Positions 58,423-64,000 of a stretch of 64,000 nt of DNA are shown here, in pieces. A program made the position numbers and the translations under genes. Source of the DNA: Bacteroidales bacterium (GTDB taxonomy: Bacteria > Bacteroidota > Bacteroidia > Bacteroidales > UBA12077); the NCBI GenBank assembly GCA_028282585.1, contig JANQHR010000047.1, positions 64,001-128,000 of the forward strand. Reading direction: 5' to 3'. The notes under the pieces were generated by a model. The model ran no database searches and was not told where the DNA came from. It worked only from the letters and a program-made list of their open reading frames with translations. Position 1 is the stretch's first letter, and each line of letters begins with the position of its first letter.

Positions 58423-59138
58423 TGAATTGTATAGCTGTTGATGACGAGCCTTTGGCATTGAACTTAATAGAGGATTTTGTAAAAAAAGTTCCTTTTTTAA
58501 ATTACGTAAAATCATGTAAAAATGCTTTCGAAGCCATTGATATTATACAGAAAGAAAAGATTGACCTGATATTCTTAGATATTAACATGCCGGATATTAC
58601 AGGTATTGATTTAATAAAGAATATTGAGCAAAAACCGTTGGTTATTTTTACAACAGCTTACTCCGAATATGCTATTGAAGGTTTCGAACTTAGCGCAGTA
58701 GATTATTTAATAAAGCCATTTTTATTTGAGCGTTTTTTTAAAGCCGTAAATAAAGCTTACGATTATTATAGCCTTAAAAATAAACGAAATACACCTGTAA
58801 GCGAAGAAAAATCACATACCGATGATTACATTTTTGTAAAAGCCGATTACAGTAGTGTAAAAATCTATTTAAAAGATATTCTTTACCTCGAAGGATTAAA
58901 AGATTATGTTAAAATACATACAAAAGAAAAAAAAATACTTACACTGATCACCATGAAAAAGATCGAGGAGAAACTTCCGTCTTCGAACTTTATTCGTGTA
59001 CACAGATCTTTTATAGTTGCTTTGGATAAAATTGAATCCATACAACGAAATCGCATTATTATACAAGAAAAATGGATTCCAATTGGTAATAGCTACAAAA
59101 CAGATTTTTACAACCGCATTGAGGACGTGAATATCTAA
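58419..59138 (+). CDS. LytTR-family response regulator
   Basis: VDDEPLA, FLDINMP, FTTAY and FIRVHRSFIV motifs. Confidence 0.95.
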   Translation: MMNCIAVDDEPLALNLIEDFVKKVPFLNYVKSCKNAFEAIDIIQKEKIDLIFLDINMPDITGIDLIKNIEQKPLVIFTTAYSEYAIEGFELSAVDYLIKPFLFERFFKAVNKAYDYYSLKNKRNTPVSEEKSHTDDYIFVKADYSSVKIYLKDILYLEGLKDYVKIHTKEKKILTLITMKKIEEKLPSSNFIRVHRSFIVALDKIESIQRNRIIIQEKWIPIGNSYKTDFYNRIEDVNI

Positions 59139-59354
59139 AAATGATTGTTTTTTTAATACCTATCATTATATTTTCAAAATAATAGTTACATTTTTTATAT
59201 CTTCTGTATAGTTAGTAAAATTAGAGTTTTCAGAAGGGCATTACGCAAGCTTTTTAAGCTTACCTAAGGATTTAGTCTTCAAAAGAGATTTTAGTAATTT
59301 CATATGCCAATTTAAATACAAATACTACTTCTAATTTGAGTTATAAATAAGCCG

Positions 59355-59789
59355 CTATAAATTTTCAATTTCATTGATATATTGAATAATTTTTTGTAAA
59401 CAAGTTCCTATGTTCTTTTTAATTTCATGTTCCCAAAATCTGAATACTTTAAAACCTAAATACTCCAATTTTTCAGTGTTATTAGAATCCCTAACCATAT
59501 TCTTTTCAATTTTTGGAATCCAATAATCTCTATTTGACTTTATCTTCTTTCTTTTTTCATCCCAATTATATCCATGCCAGAACTCTCCATCAACAAAAAT
59601 AACTAGTTTGTACTTCCTAATAACAATATCAGGTTTTCCGGGCAGAGACTGATCATTTAATCGATATCTAATTCCTAAGTTCCAGAGTAGTTTTCTCAAT
59701 TTTAGCTCAGGTGTAGTGTTTTCACTACGAATTTTACTCATTAATTGAGACCTTTTTTCTGTTGTTTGGAAGCCATATCTAGTTTTCAC
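59355..59789 (-). CDS. vsr: Very short patch repair endonuclease
   Basis: RS.LMSKIRS.NT.PE, LPGKPDIV, FVDGEFWHG and FRFWEHE motifs. Confidence 0.93.
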   Translation of the reverse strand: MKTRYGFQTTEKRSQLMSKIRSENTTPELKLRKLLWNLGIRYRLNDQSLPGKPDIVIRKYKLVIFVDGEFWHGYNWDEKRKKIKSNRDYWIPKIEKNMVRDSNNTEKLEYLGFKVFRFWEHEIKKNIGTCLQKIIQYINEIENL

Positions 59790-60747
59790 TAATGAATATG
59801 TGATTTGTAAATAAAGTATGTGGTGTACTTACCAGATTAATATCAAACTTTAAAGATGGCTCAATTCTAGAACTGGCATTATGTATTCTAAATGAAATTT
59901 GCCATCCTTCACTTAAAGCTAAAACAAGAGTTGTCGTAGAATCTTTTTTATAAACTAGTTCAATTAATCTATCTGGTAACTTTAATTTAGGTGCTTTGGC
60001 TTTAGGTTCAATCTTTTTTATAGACTGGTTTAAAGTTCCATGTAAATTGTATGCTTGTATTTCAACTCCTTTTTTACTTTTGATTATTTTATAAAAGTCT
60101 TTATTCCCAATTAGATATTCTACAAGCTTTTGAGAAACAATGCTTCCATTTGCAGAACCAAGTCTCATTAGTTCGTTTCTAAATGCATTTAAAATAGGTT
60201 TGTAGATAACTTCATGCATGTTATCAATTTCAGACCATAAAGCTTTTGAATTTTCACTTCTTTTATTTTTAAGCAATGTGAAAATTGGTTCAATTTCTTT
60301 AAAATATTCTTCGGAACAAGGAATGCCGAGCCATTCTTTCCCAAAATTAATTGTTTGAGAAAGCCTTGAGTGTTTAACAGCTCTGTGATTGTTTTTTGCT
60401 GATACTCCAATTTCCCATTTTTGCAATAAGCGAATTGCCAAAACATCACGAACATCTCCTTTTTGACCGTAACTATCTGAAACAATTTCAAGTTGTAGAA
60501 TATCCTCTTTATTTAAGCTATAAGAAAGTCTAGGTTCAATATCAATTAAAAAATTAACAGCAGAACTTGATACTATGTTGTATCTTCCTTGTTCCGTTTC
60601 ATTAAAGCTTTCATAAGCTTTTTTGGCAGTAAAATAAGGCTCGCTTTCTATTACTTGAAGATTATTATCTTTTGTGTTTAACCTATTATAGAATTCCTTT
60701 AATAAGGCATATTCAAAAGCTTTGCCTGTTTTTACTTGCTCTGCCAT
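59779..60747 (-). CDS. Type II restriction endonuclease, HaeIII family (predicted GGCC)
   Basis: GKAFEY, GDVRDVL...EIGVSAKNNH.AVKHSRLS and SFRIHNASSRIEPSLKFD motifs; adjacent to the methyltransferase. Confidence 0.8.
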   Translation of the reverse strand: MAEQVKTGKAFEYALLKEFYNRLNTKDNNLQVIESEPYFTAKKAYESFNETEQGRYNIVSSSAVNFLIDIEPRLSYSLNKEDILQLEIVSDSYGQKGDVRDVLAIRLLQKWEIGVSAKNNHRAVKHSRLSQTINFGKEWLGIPCSEEYFKEIEPIFTLLKNKRSENSKALWSEIDNMHEVIYKPILNAFRNELMRLGSANGSIVSQKLVEYLIGNKDFYKIIKSKKGVEIQAYNLHGTLNQSIKKIEPKAKAPKLKLPDRLIELVYKKDSTTTLVLALSEGWQISFRIHNASSRIEPSLKFDINLVSTPHTLFTNHIFISEN

Positions 60748-60748
60748 A

Positions 60749-61795
60749 TTAACTTGCTATTTCGTTTTTTCGGTATAATAACTCTTTGCCTGGTTTGCTT
60801 TCCGTTATGCAGCTTAAGTCGTTTTTTATTTTTTTAGCAACAGCAAAAGCTAATTTTACAGGTACAGCGTTACCAATCATTTTATACCCGGCTGCTAATT
60901 TCTTATAAAAGAAATTAAAATTATCAGGAAATGTTTGTATTCGAGCACATTCTCTAATGCTAAGCCTACGATATAAATGTTCTTTATCTTTAACAAATTC
61001 TCGAATATTTTGCTCAATAAATTTCATCTTGGGAGCTTGTGGATGCAGTGGAGCATGTCTGCCTCCAGCTTGAATAGTGAATGAGACTTCATCCCAACCT
61101 CTTACTCTATTTCTAGACATGAAAATACTGGAAAATCCGCCAATCATATACTCATGGTTAGGAACAAGGCATTTATTACCATTAGTGTAATTGCCTTCTT
61201 TGGCAGGCAATACATTTTCTTGTAAATCACCAATTGCTTTTTTAAGGAAAATGTAGTTATTGTTTCCTTTAGGAAAAGAAAACTTAAAGCCAATATCCTT
61301 TCTAATACCAACAAAAAATAATCTTTTTCTATCTTGAGGAACACCATAGTTTTTTGCATTTAGGAGTTGCACAGAAAGCTCATATCCAATACCGGCTTGC
61401 CTAAAATGATGCTTTATATTATTCATTGCTTCTTTATGCCTTGTAAGAAGCATGCCTGATACATTTTCAGCTAAGAAAAAAAGTGGTTGTTTAGCCTCTA
61501 ATATTCTAATAAAATCAAAAAATAGCTGTCCTCTGTTATCATCAATCCCTCGTAATGCTCCAGCTTCACTCCAACTCTGACAAGGTGGACCTCCAATGAT
61601 ACCTTCACAATCAGGTATTTCATTAGATTCTATTTTTGTTATACTTCTTGTATCAAGATAGGTTCTAGGGTGATTTTTTTCGTATGTTTCCCAGATTTCT
61701 TTATCATATTCATTTGCCCAAACTATATCAAACCCAGCTTTCTTAAAACCTAAATCTAAACCTCCAGCACCTGCAAAAAGAGAGACTATTTTCAT
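60749..61795 (-). CDS. C5-cytosine DNA methyltransferase, M.HaeIII-like
   Basis: FAGAGG, GPPCQSWS, ENV and QDRKR motifs; TRD segment IFMSRNRVR..LHPQAP as in M.HaeIII. Confidence 0.92.
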   Translation of the reverse strand: MKIVSLFAGAGGLDLGFKKAGFDIVWANEYDKEIWETYEKNHPRTYLDTRSITKIESNEIPDCEGIIGGPPCQSWSEAGALRGIDDNRGQLFFDFIRILEAKQPLFFLAENVSGMLLTRHKEAMNNIKHHFRQAGIGYELSVQLLNAKNYGVPQDRKRLFFVGIRKDIGFKFSFPKGNNNYIFLKKAIGDLQENVLPAKEGNYTNGNKCLVPNHEYMIGGFSSIFMSRNRVRGWDEVSFTIQAGGRHAPLHPQAPKMKFIEQNIREFVKDKEHLYRRLSIRECARIQTFPDNFNFFYKKLAAGYKMIGNAVPVKLAFAVAKKIKNDLSCITESKPGKELLYRKNEIAS

Positions 61796-62185
61796 ATTTT
61801 ATTATTATTAAATAATACAAATTTAACATGAAACATTCGATAAAGTTGCATAAAATAAAGGTGTTTTGTCAACAAGTTTTTAAGTACTTTACAGGTATCT
61901 AAACTTAAATAAATTATTTTTGAATTTTGTTGATAACTTCTACGAAACTGGTAAGTCTTCTGTTGGTGCTCAATTTTTAACATTGGTTCTACTTAATTTT
62001 AGGATGTTTTGCCGTTTAACAGTTTTTACAAGTTGAAAACTTAATCTGATTTTAACACACCTGTAAATCATTTCCTTTCAATGCAGTTCAATCTTTTAAT
62101 TTTTCTTTTATGCACGAAAAATTGCGTTTTTAATATATTTGTTAAAATCTATTTTTAAATAATTACTTAGAAAACCTATTTTGAT

Positions 62186-63256
62186 ATGTTTATTTATATT
62201 GCCGATGTTATTCCAATAATTATTGCTTTTCAATGTATCTTATTTGCAATTGTATTATTTACTGATAGAGGTCCAAAGATGATTAGCAACAGATACCTTG
62301 CTGTTTTCCTAATAATATTGGGTTTACAATTCACGGCAATAACTATTGGAAGTTTTAAATCAAAAATACCTTTTATAGAAATAACCATGTGTGCCTATGG
62401 ATTCGCTTATGGACCTTTATTATTTTTATATAGCAATTCTTTAATTTACAAATCTTTCCAATTCAAAATAAACCATCTCATGCACTTTATACCTTTTATT
62501 GCAATTATTCTTATTACAATATTAGGGTATGCTTCATGTGGTAAATTAGGTATAGTAATGTATATAAGCTTAATTACTTATACAATTCTTACCATTATAA
62601 AAATAATAAGCTACAGAAATATTCTGAAAAAAACACATTCATTCATGGGGCAGGTAAATCTTGTTTGGCTTCAGTGGACATTCATCATATTTTGTTGTGC
62701 ATTAATTCTCGATATTTTTGATCATATTTTTTTAAATGTGGATATCTACGCAGGCATATCTTCAGTTCATCTAACCATACTAATACTTATTAACTGGATA
62801 TTTTATAAGGGATTAAAACAACCACAGTTATTTCTTGGTATTTCCAAGTTAGAACAAGAAATCTTTAAAGAAACCCATAAAAGAACTTCTTATGATTTTC
62901 CACATAGCGATGAACAGAAAGAGCTTGAAAAGATTCAAAAATATATGGAAGATACTGAGATTTATACAGATTTTGATTTAACTCTTAGAGATCTATCTGA
63001 ACATCTAAAAATCTCACCAAGAAGATTATCATTCTTAATAAATACTTATCTTGATAAGAACTTTATGAGCTTTGTTAATGAATACAGAATTAAAAAGGCC
63101 ATGTTTCATTTAGCAAATCCCAAAGATGAAAGAGAAACCATTCTGGAAATAATGTATGAGGTAGGTTTTAATTCAAAATCATCTTTTAACACGCTCTTTA
63201 AAAAACAAACAGGTTTTACACCATCAGAATATAAAAAAAGGCATACGAAAATGTAG
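62186..63256 (+). CDS. Membrane-anchored AraC-family regulator
   Basis: About 7 TM N-terminus; NF..FVNEYRI...EVGFNSKSSFN..FKK.TG.TPSEY HTH. Confidence 0.92.
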   Translation: MFIYIADVIPIIIAFQCILFAIVLFTDRGPKMISNRYLAVFLIILGLQFTAITIGSFKSKIPFIEITMCAYGFAYGPLLFLYSNSLIYKSFQFKINHLMHFIPFIAIILITILGYASCGKLGIVMYISLITYTILTIIKIISYRNILKKTHSFMGQVNLVWLQWTFIIFCCALILDIFDHIFLNVDIYAGISSVHLTILILINWIFYKGLKQPQLFLGISKLEQEIFKETHKRTSYDFPHSDEQKELEKIQKYMEDTEIYTDFDLTLRDLSEHLKISPRRLSFLINTYLDKNFMSFVNEYRIKKAMFHLANPKDERETILEIMYEVGFNSKSSFNTLFKKQTGFTPSEYKKRHTKM

Positions 63257-63305
63257 TTTGAATTTAGTAAACGTAAATTCAAACGCATTTGTACCACAAT
63301 AAAAG

Positions 63306-63356
63306 GTTCGATTTCATGTTTTCGAACTATTCTGATATGGTTAAGAGTTTAATTTG
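63306..63356 (+). promoter_or_regulatory. Inverted repeat (possible AraC-regulator site) plus -7-like box
   Basis: GTTCGA-N10-TCGAAC (63306-63327); TTAATTTG at 63349-63356. Confidence 0.45.
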
Positions 63357-63389
63357 TATACAATATTCATTTATTAAATACAAATACTC

Positions 63390-64000
63390 ATGAAAAAAAT
63401 ACTATTATCATTTGCCTTAATTTTTACTATAAGTAGCATAAATTCCCAAAACTTGATTAATATTTCAGGTTCGGGTTTTGATCATTTCAATAATATTAGT
63501 ATCAAAGTTTTCAACTCGGATATTATAGGTTATGACATTATCGAAACAAAGACTATTTCTAAAAATGGAGAATTTAATTTTCAAATAAAATTTGAAAATA
63601 TAAATCTGTATGAATTAAGTTTTGATGAAAAGCACTCTATTTACCTGTCCATAGAGAATGATAATGACATTTCCATTTCATTGGAGGGAAAGATCACAAA
63701 GATATCAGGCTCAGAATCCTCACAGAAAATGCTTGATTTCGAGAAACAAAATGGAAAATTACAAGCCAAATATTTTGGCGATTTAAAGGTCAGAATGGAC
63801 AAAGCAATGAAGGAAAACAACGAGGAAGAATTAAAGAAAATTCAAAAAGAAGCTGATATAGCACTAGGTAATTTTCTGGTTGAATTCAGAGCCTTGATTG
63901 AGAGTTTAGGAGAAACTCCTGCGGGTTATTTTGTTACTCAATATTCTGATTTTAATAAAGAGATTGAATTTATGGAAAAAAGACTAAGTGCTTTTAAAAA
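63390..64000 (+). CDS. Exported protein truncated by the window end, DUF4369-like (possibly a TlpA/thioredoxin N-terminus)
   Basis: MKKILLSFALIF signal peptide, KNGEFNFQI..., ISGSES; frame appears open to the window end. Confidence 0.55.
   Translation, partial: MKKILLSFALIFTISSINSQNLINISGSGFDHFNNISIKVFNSDIIGYDIIETKTISKNGEFNFQIKFENINLYELSFDEKHSIYLSIENDNDISISLEGKITKISGSESSQKMLDFEKQNGKLQAKYFGDLKVRMDKAMKENNEEELKKIQKEADIALGNFLVEFRALIESLGETPAGYFVTQYSDFNKEIEFMEKRLSAFK

Noticed and set aside
3883-63297. Short nested or antisense ORFs in the track (e.g. 3883-4077, 10157-10477, 39236-39556, 48281-48643, 52962-53225, 61792-61983)
   Set aside because: They are shadow frames of well-supported genes or AT-rich spacer ORFs with no recognisable motifs; 61792-61983 shows no HTH of an R-M controller protein

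Overview
A low-GC (about 30% by eye) chromosomal window from a Bacteroidota/Bacteroidales-like bacterium. This is supported by TAnnTTTG promoters, a T9SS type-B CTD protein, the rel-fur-purA cluster and tamB-tsaD. Most of the window is housekeeping and envelope genes. Accessory features are three tandem MFSD1-like MFS paralogs, three tandem ClC-CBS paralogs, a divergent vWA / ECF sigma / anti-sigma locus, a MacAB-TolC efflux operon with a LytS/LytTR two-component system, and a HaeIII-like R-M plus Vsr cassette. No rRNA, tRNA, CRISPR or transposase was seen. The strongest unexplained signals are: (1) the vWA-ECF-anti-sigma module, whose two flanking genes share a nucleotide-level inverted homology and whose sigma gene contains an internal copy of the putative target promoter; (2) a three-member LytTR-type motif at a fixed distance from the -7 box; (3) a three-way-junction RNA candidate at 22.8 kb; (4) a candidate ECF-driven sRNA at 47.1 kb complementary to a GGTTAG motif in 3' UTRs; (5) an inverted heptad-repeat element at about 1 kb. 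All calls were made by eye; no searches were run.
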